64,000 nt of DNA from Takakia lepidozioides. Its lineage: Eukaryota > Plantae > Bryophyta. This document shows, one piece after another, positions 50,101-63,963 of this stretch. The notes under the pieces are model-generated. The model was given only the letters and a program-made list of their open reading frames with translations. It was not told where the DNA came from and ran no database searches. Position 1 is the stretch's first letter, and the number at the start of each line of letters is the position of its first letter. Location: NCBI GenBank assembly GCA_030704615.1, contig CM060731.1, forward strand, positions 49,414,001 to 49,478,000. Reading direction: 5' to 3'. A program made the position numbers and the translations under genes.

Positions 50101-51270
50101 GTCCATAAGCAGGAGGATATTCCGGTGGCCTGCCACCCCCATAGCTATTAGGGGGTGGCAAATATGGTGGAGGAGGATACTGGCCATACTGCCCATATGG
50201 AGGAGCACCATATGACCCTGACCATACTGAGTGCCAGACTGTGGGTACTGAGGCATACCATAATAAGGTGGGGGTACTGGTGGCACAGAACCACAACGAT
50301 GGGAGAGTTAGGGCCACCTCCTGCGTTCTTGTGGGCGCCATCTCCATTGCTAGCAGCAGGGATCGTGGATCCAGTGCGCTTGTGCTTGCCCTGAAAAGAA
50401 ATTCCCCCAGTACAATGTGGGTGATTACACATACATATAGGCAGCAAGCAGCAAATCCTTGAATTCAATATAACAAACTGGAAGCACATATCATTTGTAA
50501 AGACAAGATTACCCAAAACTCAGTATGATCTTGGGCAGTAAATCTCCCAAATTTGATTGGCCCCAATGATGTCCTCCCAGTACATTTTTGAGCCCTCTTA
50601 GGTATGGGGTGTTCCTGAAATCCATAGCAAGAATTCAAATGGACAAACCTGATGGGTCCATGAGAAGTATCCCTCCAAGTTTTACTGATATTCTGGGTGC
50701 ATAAGTAACCCAAGTATTCTATAAGTAGCCATTGTAGCTTAGTACCAGGACGTTGGTTTCATGGGGCAAAGAATTTGAACACACCTGAAGTCTACATTGG
50801 CCTGACATCATGCCTTTGGCACTTCAACTTGTCTAGTGGAAATCATTTGTGATTGTGCCTTGGCTGACCCCTGCATTGTCCAACTTCCTTGTCTTGACAG
50901 ACATACCCTATCTCTTCGTGATTTTACCAAAAACATACATAATTTGAATCATGGTCATTGTGAAGAACTATAACTCACAGACGGAGAAGGTGTTCGTAGT
51001 GTAGATGATGGGCGTTTTTGTCCTGCGACATGAGCATGGGCATGTTCTCCTCGGCTTGCCGTGGCATCCGCCGACGACGCACTCGCCTCGCACTGGCGTG
51101 GGAGGAGTGGATCGTCCTCATCGTCCTCAGAAGAGCCCTCATGCAGAATCGTAGTCTTCATCGTCTTCAGTCTGGCACTTTGCCTTGCAGGACCTTGATC
51201 CCTAGCTTTTTCCTTCGGAGCGCGTGGCTTGCGAGGGCGATTCGCTCCCGCAAGCCTGCACAAACACCTC
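47141..51270 (-). pseudogene. CACTA TnpA-like multi-exon gene: Ptta/Transposase_24-like region, internal FCP1/NIF-like domain, C-terminal TNP1/Transposase_23-like domain
   Basis: WNKLVSYW*..FHKVSDNMKKAN..TGRGG (49436-49900); VGDEVRLLD..GVGLIV..PLPYVN..ELGQVVGQTTLW (47141-47418); GT-AG exon boundaries between them. Confidence 0.65.
48050..48520 (-). pseudogene. FCP1/NIF-homology HAD phosphatase-like domain (frameshifted)
   Basis: RKHLLILDLNGLL, VVLRPRCYDVLQKCFEHFEVAV, LVFQWDALHC, KPLYFKNLSTVW, DTVLVDDTPRKATNNPPFSGIFP, spread across three frames. Confidence 0.75.
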
Positions 51271-52515
51271 CATGACCTCCCTCTCAAACAATCACAAACA
51301 AATGCAAGCACACATACCCTAATACTCTTAAGCCTATGCTGAACCACAGCCGCACCCTACCAGGACGTAATGGCTGCCCACGAATGACGGCGGACATCTC
51401 CCGCCTAATGACACACCCTCCTCAAACCTAATCGTCACTCACTGCATGTTGTTTGCCTCTCTGTTTGTACAAGTCGCAGCTACTCGCCCCCATTTGTGCT
51501 ATGAAGCTTATGATCGCTGTAGGAAGGTTAGAGGATAAGGCGAATCGCAAGTTTAGTGGGTGGGTATCCAAAGTCAGGAACTAAACTCACCCATCTATCG
51601 ACTGCTTGAACGTTACTTCCACCTCCTTTATGGCAGCAATCCGGCGCTCTCGGAATTGCAGGTTCAACTGATTTTTTCACCTATGGTTGCTTTTCATACA
51701 ATTACATGGGGGTTGAAATCTCAAAATTGACAACAGAAAATGTGCCTCCAAATGAGGTATTTTTTTTTTAAAATTAAAAAAAAAAAAGCCAACAGTGGAT
51801 GTGTGTATTTAATGCTCACACACCACAAGGTGAAGTGTTTTTTCCAAAATTGCTAATTTTCTGCCAAAATGCCCTTTGGACTGCAATCTGTTTCGGGCTT
51901 GTTTACCTGCCACATCAGCACTCAACAAGCCCTTTTCAGGCCCCAAAACGTAAATGAGAGAACTAAGATATTTTTTGTAGGTCGGAGCTTTTGTTTTTTT
52001 TAATTTTGCATCATACTGGAGACAAATCCCTTGTCATTAAAGCTTCAGGAGGGGGCCCCATCAGCTTAGATCTGCAAAAATTAGGTCGAACTGCAAATTC
52101 AAAGTGACCGCATTCAGGTCGCTTGGGAACTTAAGGGTTAAAACAACAAAAAAAAAACTTCAGAAAAAAAATGCACAATATAATAGCAAGAAACTTAGTT
52201 GAAGCACAGTGATGGCAGCCCTAAGCTTGTCGGTTCAAAGAAGAAAAGAAGAGTGCGGGAGTGATGAGTGATGGTTGCTAGAACCCTGGCCCTGTACTAC
52301 AGCTTAGCTGCCTGTGAATTGCAAGGCTGGGCAGACACACAAGTTGAGGCAGAGATTGATTATGAAAGGGAGATGGAGATGTCCAGCAGAGTAGCCGATC
52401 TCTTGCAAGGGGATCATGCAGGTGAACCACTCACAAAATTGCTAAATCTAGAAATTGGTAATGAAAGTGGGCATCTGAGCTGAAATCGGTCCTTTGAGGA
52501 TTGTGGGTTGTCACA

Positions 52516-53255
52516 ATGACAGCAGATGAGGAATCGGAGCAGGCTACTTCCGAGTCAGTGGAAGCGACCATAGGGGCGGAGGGAGAAGACGGAAAGTCCA
52601 GCAAGAATGAATCGTCGGATGCCATAGAGACGGAGGGGGAAGAGAGGCAGTCCAGCAAGAATAAGTCGGCGGATACCATAGAGGCGGAGGGGGAAGAGAG
52701 GAAGTCCAGAGAGAAAGACGTGTTGGATGGCACTGGAGCAGATGGAGAAGACAGAAACTTCAGCCAGTATGACTCGTCGGATTCTAGTGGGGCGGAGGGA
52801 AAAGACGGAAAATCTAGCAAAAATGAATCGTCGAATGACTTAGGGGCGGAGGGGGAAGAGAGGAAGTCCAGCGAGAAGGACTCCTTGGATGCCCCTCGGG
52901 TGGATGGAGAAGAGAGAAACTCCAGCCAGAATGACTCCTCGGAAGCCACTGGGGGGGAGGCAGAAGAAAGGAAGTCCAGTAAAAATGACTCGTCGGATGT
53001 GAAGGAGCCAGAAATACCGGACGAAACTTTGCAAGAACAAAAGGTAGGGGGGTCTCGACACTCCAAGGGCACCAACATGAGGTTAACGTTGCACAATCTT
53101 CTAGAGAGATCCGTGGCTTTAAAGCAATCTCTGGGTTTTTCTCGAGGGTGTAATCAGATACTCATCTTGAAGGTTCCGGAAGCGGACATGTTGGTCATCA
53201 GGGTGTTCTGCTTGTATTTCATTGATGGCCCGTTTGCCTTCATAAACACAGTGTA

Positions 53256-53309
<54 letters not shown>

Positions 53310-56189
53310 TGTGTGTGTGTCATAGCATGTCAATGCTAGACAAGGAGACACAAAACATCTGTGGTGTCTTCCTTTTTCTATGACATCATACAGCCTGGTT
53401 TTGGTGCCATCAAACTGCCTCAAGCCGAATCTGCCTCCATACCTCCCTTTGCCATATTTAGATGTAGGGTGTTCTAAGTGGCAATCAGATGCACACGAGA
53501 TAGGCAGGTCACAAGGTTTCCTTGTCACTTTCAGATCCTCGGAAGTAGAAGCATAGTATGTGTAGTCATAGTATGGTGTCAGTAAGGCTGCCATTAAGGC
53601 ACTCACAGAGACACTTGTCTGCATGCAAACTCTACAGCCCGATTGCGGAGTTATTGATTTTAATTTTATAGCCCTGCGTTTAGTTCAGTCTAGTGCAGAG
53701 AGAGAGAGAGTTCATAAGATGTTGTTTGCCGTAGCCTTGTGGCCATTGACCCTGCACCCAGTTTGAGTGGAACACAAAGGGACAGAAATTACCTCTGTCA
53801 CGGGGCTGACGCCGGTAGTATGACTTACCTTGAAACAGACAATTGATCCGAGTTTTCGAGATATCCTCTAGATCTGCCTTTGCACATACATCAATCTGCT
53901 GTGTGTGATTTGCCCAACAACTAGACCCCAAAAGGGCCTTGGCTTTTGGCTCAGCCTCGAGATTTTTGAAGTTGGTAAACAGAGGTACAGGAACAATTCC
54001 CTAGTGCACAGAGAGATATTCACATAGCATGTCAAAGCTAGACAAGGAAACGCAAAGCACAATGTGCTGTGTTTGCCTCTTTTTATGGACATCAGACAGC
54101 CTAATCTCTGCCTCCTCACTTTCATATTGTAGGAAGTGACAGTAGTAGTAGGAAGAGCACAAGTGTCTCCTTAAATGTAACTCCTTTCCTGTAGGTAGAT
54201 CCATCAAACCAAACAGAGCAAAAACAGCAGTAGTATGTGTACTTAATCAACAAACAGATTTGAGGTTTGAGAGAGCTCAAAGCCTCACTCCCTTAGTCTC
54301 TTGCCCTTAGTAGCATTTCCTGCAACAAAAGAAGGTGAAGTGGCACGACCTGGATCCATCACAGCCAACCAACCCACCAACCAACAGGTTAGTGATCCCT
54401 GTGCACCCCAGGCTTAAACCACTTCACATTTGTGATCAATGTCATCCCTGAAACAGGTCATATTAGCAAAGAGAGGAGAATGCCTGAATACTTGTGCAAA
54501 ACCAAGGGCTTCCATATGTGCCCTTGCTTAGTACTTGGTCTTCCTTTTGGGAATAGGCGCCTGTTGTCATGCTTACTTACATGGACTTGACTATCTCTAC
54601 TCTGATTCTATGACTACTTTTGCAAACCAAAGACCACTATGTGTCCCTTTGCTTGAGTCTAGTGACACCTTCCTCTGGGGAATGGGTGCTTACTGACATG
54701 AGACCACCCCCCCTCCCTCCGGAGCATGGGCTGAAATAGGTGCTCTGTACCTATGTTGAATGAAATTTTGCTGAAAGGACCTCCCTTACCTCAGAGTAGA
54801 GCTTAGTCAAGTCCATTTCGGTTCCTCATATTGTCAACTCTCTTTGTGTTGCCATACTAAGCAGCCCATCACAGCGTTGAATGAGTCTCAATGGATACCT
54901 TGCTTGTGGCCAGAGTGTAGTCAGCTCCTTCAGCTCTTGCCTGCTCCTCTTCCAAATGCGAAGAGTGGCCAAGCTTTACCATATAGGGCAGCAGCTTTAG
55001 GTTAAGACCTCTAGGGTGAAACCTCATGAGTCACCCTAGCGAGTCATCCCGTTATCCAATTCGGGGTTCCGTTCTAGACAAAAATCTGAACAGAATAACG
55101 GGATCAGGCCATTCTTGAATGCTGTCTATAAAGATCTTAGCAACATTCAAGGAAAGAGAGAGAGAAAAAAACTCTCAAGCCTCCCAATTTCAGGTTTCCT
55201 AATGCCGATAGAAGGCATTCACTACAGTAGACCAGCCAGGAGAGCAATGTCCTTTGACCGGATCAACGTAGAAGGTGTACACATATGCTCTATTATGCTG
55301 CTGCTGTAGGGCCTAGCACAAGATATCAGGATGGAGAAAGAGCTCGAGGGATCAGGCAGTTCTTGAGTGTTGTTAAAAATAACGTATCCACATTCAAGGA
55401 AAGAGCGAGAGAGAGAGAGTATGTGTACGAAATCAATAGATACAAACAGATTTGAGGTTTGAGAGAGCTCAAAGCCTCACTCCCTTAGTCTCTTGCCCTT
55501 AGTAGCATTTCCTGCAACAAATCTTGGCTGGGTCTACTGTAGCCAATGGCATGTCAGCATTAGGAAACCTGAAAACGAGAGGCTTTAAGGTGTCATGATC
55601 TCTTATGAAGCACAGCAATATTTCTGCTGTGATCATGATGATGATGTGAAGCATTGAGCTAGGGCTAGTGTTTTATGGTTTGCCTGTGAAAGGTGCTAAT
55701 GTGGGGAGGTATGTGGTCTTAGATTGAGATTCTATACTTATACGAGTTTGACACATCAAACGATATTGAAGACTGCGTTTATGGCATTGGATGATCACAG
55801 GGCAACTGTGAAGTGAAGATTCACATTAGGATATTTGATGTAAGTTTTGTCCATTTTATGACACAAAGAGCTTGGGGATTCATTTTTGCATACAGGAAGA
55901 TGAAGAGGAAGAGGAGTGTGGTTTCTGTCTGTACATGAAGGCTGGTCCCTGTGGGAAAGCGTTCTCTGCATGGGAGCAGTGTGTAGAGGAAGCAGAGACA
56001 TCAGGCACCGATCTCGTGAAGAAGTGTGCACAAATGACACATTATTTGAAAGAATGTATGGAATCCAACCCTGAGTACTATGGTCCTGTGCTCCAGGCAG
56101 AGAAAGCTATGGATGAACAAACTGCATTGGAAGGGAAAGAAGTGGGGGAGGAAGAGGAATCTGACGATTTGGAAAAAATGGTGGCATAG
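52516..56189 (+). CDS. GCK-domain protein with an acidic N-terminal tandem repeat; exons 52516-53043 and 55896-56189
   Basis: ECGFCLYMKAGPCGKAFSAWEQCVEEAE..CAQMTHYLKECMESNPEYYGPVLQAEK; phase-0 GT-AG intron. Confidence 0.85.
53257..53320. repeat. (GA)n(GT)n microsatellite
   Basis: Read directly from the sequence. Confidence 0.95.
53785..54000 (-). mobile_element. Dispersed copy of the LINE 3' fragment
   Basis: Colinear with 20708-20915 (TACCTCTGTCA.GGGGCTGACG..GGTAGTA..ACTTACCTT...CATCAATCTGCTGTGTGTGA...GGCTTTTGGCTCAGCCTC). Confidence 0.8.
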
Positions 56190-57804
56190 AAATGGGAAAT
56201 ACTTGGCTGGAATTTTAGGTGTGTGGAGTCTTCAGTTGGCGCAGCTTTTCGATGCAATGTGGTGTCAGCTGTTCCAAGGTGGACTGAAAAGAGAACCTTG
56301 CTTACTTCTCTCCCAGAAATAGACATTCAGTTGAGATGGATGGAGATGGCATTTTCTTGTAACTTGCCACCAGAAATAGGAAGGGTTGCAGCAAAACATA
56401 GAAAGAGACAGCACTTAAGTAGAGGGAGGATATGGGGAATAAGCATCACCCTTTATCAACAAATTTGTTAACCTCTGGTCACAATAAGCAAAGCAGTTTT
56501 GTAGGATTGTGAGACGCAGTAGGTTGCTGAGGACAGAGTTTTGTAGGGTTAAATGGAAGGGAGAGTACACTTTCTATACTCCTTTCTATGGGAAGGAAAG
56601 TAGAGAGACGTTTTGAGTTTTGACTGATGAACTCTTCACGATTTATGATTTGAAAAGTCTGTTCAGCAGAAGGTTTCGTGAACTGTTCACTATTTATGAT
56701 TTGAGAAACCTGTTTGCTAGAAGAATTCCTCTCTTAGTATCTTTGTATCCCCAACCCTTCCAAGTTCTGGCTGTTTTCAGTTATAGATTATGGTTCATTC
56801 ATTTGCTTGGATATTGACAGGAGGGGGTGACTGAGTGATTTCATGTTTTATTTTGATGTCAATTCTGTGTCCAGAGGCATATTTCACATATAAATCTCCT
56901 CAGATGGGAGGATGAGGCGTTTTTCACCCAGAATCACCTGACTACGACATCTTGACTCAGGACTGCACTATGCAGAGACACAAGTGTGCTAATGTCTGTG
57001 GACCGCAGAAACAGTATATTCAAAGGAATAGGAAAAAATGAGTCAGAGAAGTTTGAGAGAATGGAGAGAGTTGTACAGAGAAAGAGGATGTTATAATTCA
57101 TGTCTCTTCCTTCCTCCTGCCTCCCTCTCATGAAATTGAATATTTCTGTCATAACTCCTGGACAGTCGGCTAATAAGAGTGAGGGGAGCAGGACCCCTGC
57201 ATGCAAGTCTACCAATGCCAGTAGAACCCAACACCACAAGGTCAAGAGACTTGTTTGGCTGTGCACTGGCTATGCACTGCCAGATAGAACACATGCACCA
57301 CTTTTTATGCTTAATCTTCTGGAGAGGGATTTGTAGTAACTTATTCTCTTATCAGTTTTTCAGCCTGCATTCACTTTGGCATTTGTGGATTCAAAATCAT
57401 CCAAGTAAATATCTCAAATGGAGGAGGGTTATTTTAGATCAAAATTGTGCTTTCCCTTCTCTTTAGAAGAAAATCCCAAAAACACTAGGGAGCAGTCAGG
57501 AAGCTGTCCTCCTCCCCAGGCGCTTGCAATGGCAGAGCATTCCATGTTATCTTGGAATTGCAATGAATGTCAAATGAGAGTTTGCCCTATTCCACGCCTA
57601 GCTTGTGCTGAAGCATGTGGGTTTCTTTTCTAGCACTGTTACACCTTACCCTCACTCTTCATGTCATGATGAACTAGAATGCATAGTGACCAATCTGCAG
57701 GGACAAATGGTCTTAAAGCTCTGGAAGGAAACTAGATTGCTGCCGTATAAATAATGATGTTCAGGTGAAAGGCTATTAATGGAGTAGTGATCACCGTATA
57801 AATC

Positions 57805-60800
57805 TTAGAAGAGAACATTAACATACAGAAAAAGCCACAAGGCCATTGAGACAACTGCCAGAATATGCTCCCAAAACAGAATGGCCGACGCTTCCTTCTC
57901 AGCATGTCCATGAAGATTGGTTACAGCACCTGCTGACACAATCGAAGTTTTGCAGTAATAATCATGACCCTCAACACTATATAACATGTGCAGTTCCTCA
58001 GTTTCTAGAGCAGAATCAGATGAAGGTGATACTCTTAATTCAACTACATAAACCTAGACACCATCTGTTGTGTGGTTTATCTTCTTAAGTATTGACAAGG
58101 TAGTCAATACTGTACTTTTGAAAGTCTTCTTCCAGACTCGCACTATCTGACATACACTGTAACCTTCAATATCCACCACGAGAACCATATATAATTTAAC
58201 CAGTGCTACATGTAGACGAGGAAGAAGTTACCTGCAAGAATGGATGTGGGCATAGAGTGCTGCAAAAGCAACACAAACCGAAACATCTTGTCGTTGGGGG
58301 GAAGGAGACCTAGTCTATCAGCTGCCAGTACTACTGCCAGACCTAACGGCGGCACCAAAAACAGCCGTGTAAATGTGATGGCCACTGTTGTGCGCCTCCC
58401 GAGCTGGGACCGTCCAGGCCCTGCAATTTCACCAAAAATGTTTGTTCTGTCACATAATCCACACAGCCTACATGACGCTAGCTACTTCTACGTTTTCAAT
58501 TGTCTTTCTTACCCTGCTGAGAGCTAATCAATCTCCTCTTTTCAAACAGAATGGTGACTTCGATTTCACTGCCCTCATTTAGAAACAATCTCTACCAATA
58601 GCATTCACAAGAATTCACTAGAATTCACTAGAATTCACAAGATGATCTTCTAGAAGAACGTACTGAGCTAGATGTCACCTATCTAACACTAGTGCAATGG
58701 GGAGATAATCAAAGAGTGTCCAGTATCTGTAGTTCAAAGTGGAGAGAGAGTGCAAATGAGTACAATGGTGAAGAAAAGTACCTCCCACTAAGTTGCCACC
58801 CAAGACAAGCATAATGCAAGGGACCATTGCTCCCCTGCATCATTACCACCCTAACCACATCAGAAGGGAATGCACATATAGCAGAATAACTCGACAACAA
58901 TCATCCAAATGTTGAATACACAATTGCAGGACTGGATGAAATAACTAAGGGGTCATGCATACACAACCCGGAGAAGGATGTTTAGGCTCAAGAGATTCAG
59001 AAAACATGACAGAAAAGCCCGGAGTACATACCCCAAAATACTGAGGCTGTCATAAAAGAAGAAGAAAAAGGAATGCTCCTCTATAATCCAACTTCTGAGT
59101 ACAGGTGTAGCTCCAGTAACCAATGCCAGCAACTGCAATCCATGAAGCATAAATCTCAGTTCATGTGCATCTCTTCAAAAACCTCTAGAATGGCTTGGCC
59201 CACTATAAATCCCTCCTGGAGCTAGTCATGTGTACAAAATTTCTCAAATGAAAAAGGACTTATAAGGATTGTCTGATTTGACAAACTTACAGAAGCTACC
59301 ACTGGTGGCTGGAAGATATCTTGAATTCTCGTATGCGCCAACCAGGCCTTCACACGTGGCAAAACCTGCAGGAAGCAAGCACCCAATCCCCACCAGAAGA
59401 ACCTGGTTTAGTTATCTCTCTCCCCTCTGTAATCAGCACCCTTCTCAGTCTTTGACACACAAGCTAGTGGCCAATACTAGCTTTATTCGGTCTAACATCC
59501 AAAATACTTCCTGAAGGGTGCCTCTGGGAACACCTACGACCGTATTACTGAACCAGTCACTTCTGAAATCTCCCTCCCCATCACATAAAACCACAAGGGT
59601 GTCCATTCAATAACTTACCAGGCGAGCTTAAAACTTCCACCAGTGAGGTCAACTTTCTTGATCAAGGGTGTCTGTCTCTGCCATTGCACTTGTTTATTCA
59701 AACTTTTGACAGACCTACATAAAGAGACTTGCGGAGCTAAATTGTTCAGTGATCATTGAATCCTAGCTAGTGCATCCATTCATGCAGGCCAGCAAGAGCT
59801 CAATTGCCCTGTGCTTTATGTCCAGGTGTATACACACAAGCATTAGCTTCAATCCAGGGTATGTCTACTATCCATATGGACAAGAATACGTCCACCTTCC
59901 AAACAGAAGGCAGTAGCCCTTCGCGGTGAACTGACATAATAGCTTATGCTTGCTTCGGAAAGAATCTCCCTTTTTATTTTGGACAAGAATACAGATCTCC
60001 GGTGCAAGCAGAGTAGGTGAACCCTCACATGCCCAATTATGCAGAGGACATATGAACAAAATCCCCATGAAGATACCATCCAACACATCCAGTGAAACTT
60101 CGGAATCTTCACTGACCTTGGATACTGTAGGCGAGGATTGCGGAAGAAGCAATGGGACAGACATAGAGTCATCCACATCAACATAACTGGGAAGCTCTGG
60201 AACAGTTTCAGACAAGCCATTGGTAATCTCCATTTTTATAGCCACGGAATCCCCATACGCGGTCGAAGAGGTGACTTCACCAGGTGGTGTAGGAGGTGCC
60301 AACATGTGGTACGCAAAGGTGTACACAATGACCGCCCCGACCTGCACCCCATTATGATTCCTATTGAGGGGGCCTGTAACCCCACATTACTGGCATCCAC
60401 TGGTTGATGCCAAACATGTTCAACTTCATCATCACGCAAACATGCACTTGCGCTCACCTGTGGACTGAAGTTTGGAGCGAGTAACAACTTTGGCAACAGC
60501 CAACTGAGAGCAATCTAATCTACAAGTTCACCCAACTATTGCTAGACATCACTTAAGCTCAACAGTATGAGCTACCAATATGTAGAATCTTTCAGTTGCA
60601 AAGGAAGCATCAAATCCATGTTGAAGAAAACATACCCACTGGCCAAAGGATATGTAGGCCACCCCATTGGTATTGCAGGTGCTTGGATCCTCAAATGGGT
60701 TATTGTCATCTCGACAAATTGACCCTATTATCACAAGTGGGATGTTGCCAATGTTCCCTGTTCACAATCCAGTCATTGTTCTTCAGAGGCACATACCAAA

Positions 60801-62686
60801 CACACAAAGGTTGCACTGATTGAGGAAGTGATGAGATCACAGTCTCAACATACTCTATATTCCACCCAATTTTTTAATACAAGACTGTATTTGTTTGACA
60901 GACATTGGAACATGGAAAGGTCGCAAGAATTACTTGGACACAGTCAACGCACCTATTCTCTATGATGCATTATTGGTGAGCATGGAACCTGCTGAACAAG
61001 CAATAGAATCCTCTTAACTTCTTCACAATACAATTCAGCGCATCCTCCTGGAGTGGCTGGGAACATGTGGTCCCTGGATTCCCAGGGACCCAGTATATCC
61101 AAAATAGGAATGTCCCAATTACATGTACATACATACAGAGAGCTTGAAAATCAGAGAGAAAAGTTCCAGAGACCCCTTTGAGACAAGATCAAATCTTTGC
61201 TGTTAAAGCTCCTGGCATCAATTTGGACCAATTCTCACCAATTTGAAAAGGGACTAATCATATGCTGGAGAGTACCATCAAATTGCAGGCTGAGGTGTAC
61301 CAAGTTATACACAACATGAGGAGATATGAGCAAAGTCAATCTCACCAATACCAATCATGATAACGGTGAAATTGAAAAATTGTGGGGGAGGCTTGACCAC
61401 CAGTGCCACGATGTAGCCCAGGGTGCAGCCCAAAGTCGCTCCCAGTAACACATTCACAGGGATGAACCACCTGCCACCCCACCTGTGGTCACATAACTTT
61501 TACCCATCCCACTTCCCAGCTAAACCTCCACATTTGGGCTTCCTCATTAAAGTTGTTGCATCTTCAACTTACCAACCTGATGTGTAGGCATCTACCGTCA
61601 TGGTTCACCAGGAACATAGCAAGGTGGCTTGTGATAATCTCAAGTGGGCCTTTGCTACACCTGACAACACTTTCAGTCGCGTCGTATAGGCCCTTGTCAT
61701 TCCTTGTAAATCCTGGAGCCGAATGATGCTTGAACCAGATGAAAAATGCAAAATGACACAAGTTCGTAGAAGCGAGTATAGCACATAAACTGTAGAAAGA
61801 TGGAGATGGGAGGACTTACCATTCGAGTATCTTCTCAAGTGTGACAGCCTTCCCCAATTGTGTGAAGATTAAACAGGGGAGAAAGAGAGAGAAGACCAGC
61901 TGCAAATGCACACAAACACCACTGAGAACCTCCAAGGTCTGTCTCACCAGAAGGCAAATGGCTCACCAGGAATTGCAGTCAAAACATTCTGAATATAACA
62001 ATCGACCACACTAGTACAACCTTCCCCACCAGAACAGTGCACATGCCTCCAGAGACTTTTACCCAAAACTCCACGCACTGCTTTGGGTGGGTGACACACC
62101 TAAGAAAGCAAATAGGCAAGGAACTTTATAACATCCGTTTCGATGGGACACTTCTGATTAACAAACAAAAGCCTCTAGAACCGGCCTACATCACTTGCTT
62201 GAAGATGGAGCTCCTCGTGAGCACTTTTTAAAGAAACAGTAGTATCTCTCTGAGCTAATCTCAGAATACCCAAGGCAGTGGTGCTCCGTCACCACTTTTC
62301 GCGTGGTGTCAGGGGGTAAATCCTATCCTCACGCGGAATAACAGTCCACATTCCTCCCTGTCTCAGTGGTGAGAACGTGCAGCTGGCTCCTATAGTCCCC
62401 AAAGCCTTCGAATGTGATGTAGGCGACGTTAACGACAAGCAATATGGCAGGAGGATGCGATTACACTTTATTCGGAGCAAGTTCGACTTGTAAAATCGGG
62501 ACGCCGGCACTAACACGTGGATTTTCCGAGAGCCTTTTTCGATCAGCCTGTTGGATGACCCATGGGGACTGATCAAATGGGGCCTAATTTTCTGCGTACA
62601 GTTACTGTCCGCACAGGAAACGGCAAACTACGCTGAACTATCAAATTTACTGCAGAGGGAGGAAGGAGAGAAGAACTAAAAAAAGA

Positions 62687-62767
<81 letters not shown>

Positions 62768-62980
62768 TTTTAAATCTCAGTTCGTATGGGAAAACGGCAA
62801 GAGGAAGATAATGTACACCTTCGTGAGTAGCCTGCGGGAGGGAGCAGGGAGAATGTTGATGTGGGAGGTGGACATAAGCAAGCCCAAGCCACACAGCACC
62901 AGGACCTTGGCAATAGGTAGCACTGCAAATTGTACCAGGGCCGCAGTCGATTCGTGCAGCTGCAGCACCATATTCTCCAT
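57805..62980 (-). CDS. PILS: PIN-LIKES auxin efflux carrier family protein (PILS2/6-like), ~10 exons
   Basis: AVLPIAKVLVLCGLG, LVFSLFLPCLIFTQLG, WFIPVNV, GNIGNIPLVII, GVAYISFGQWVGA, MVPCIMLVLGGNL, DKMFRFVLLLQHSMPTSILA, EASAILFWEH. Confidence 0.93.
62691..62763. repeat. (GA)n microsatellite in PILS intron 1
   Basis: Read directly from the sequence. Confidence 0.95.
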
Positions 62981-63963
62981 ATGTAACCTTCCCTTTCAAA
63001 AATACATGCAGAAAACACAACACACACACACCAGTCTGTATAAAAATTTAGTGACCAATCAAATGAATAGCTGCAGTCCTATAAAACCCAAGAAGACAGA
63101 GAAGATACACAGACGAGAGATGCCCAGGAAGTTTCCTCGGGGAGAAATAATTACCGGCGGATTAAAGCTCCAGCCGTTCAAGCGCAGAGGACCCCATTAC
63201 ACTCTCTCCTCCATGCACACATCAATTCCAATTCTTCTTTGTTGTCACTCTTGTTGCCATAGCGGTTGCCATACTAACATATTTTAATCCTCGTCATCAC
63301 CATCTGTGTCTCCCTTAATCGCTATTCCTATGCTCTACAGCATCACCACGCTGCGAACAATCAGCTTACTCTCACAGCTTCCAACGAGACTGAAAAATTA
63401 AAAAGACATAAGCCCGGGCTCATGGTTGTCCCTTTCCGCTCTTCTTTACCGGCGCGATTCCTAGAGCGATTGAAATACTAATATCTCTTCACTCTATTGC
63501 AATATCGCTGTCAGCCACAGAAAAGGCTCCTTGACAATCAGATCACTGCCAAATCTTTCAAAGTAGACTGCAAAACTGAACAGACTTCACCCCACGCCCC
63601 TCTTGTGCTCCTAGCCGTCATGATACTCATTCTCTTCACTCGCCTCGTCCGCCTTTCACACCTCTCTCTCTCTCCTCCACACCATCGCCTGCAAAGCTGC
63701 AAAGCTTGGCTGGCAAGAGAAATTGCAGGAGGGTTTCATGAGATGGAAAGCAAGCGCGTCTGCAAACTACCTACCCCGCAGGGCTGCCATCGACACTGCA
63801 CTACGCACGTGTGGGCGCTCTGCAGCTCTACGCACGCCGCCACGCTGCGCGCTCGCCGCATGACACCTACGCAGAGCGATTGCTCGCCACTTGGCCGGCC
63901 ATCGCATGTGGCCAATGGGTGCACTTACCTCGCACGAGTGTATCGCACGTGCATAATCCGCAG

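Noticed and set aside
41875-52330. CCCAGC- or CACTA-type termini for the third transposon
   Set aside because: No matching inverted partner or TSD found
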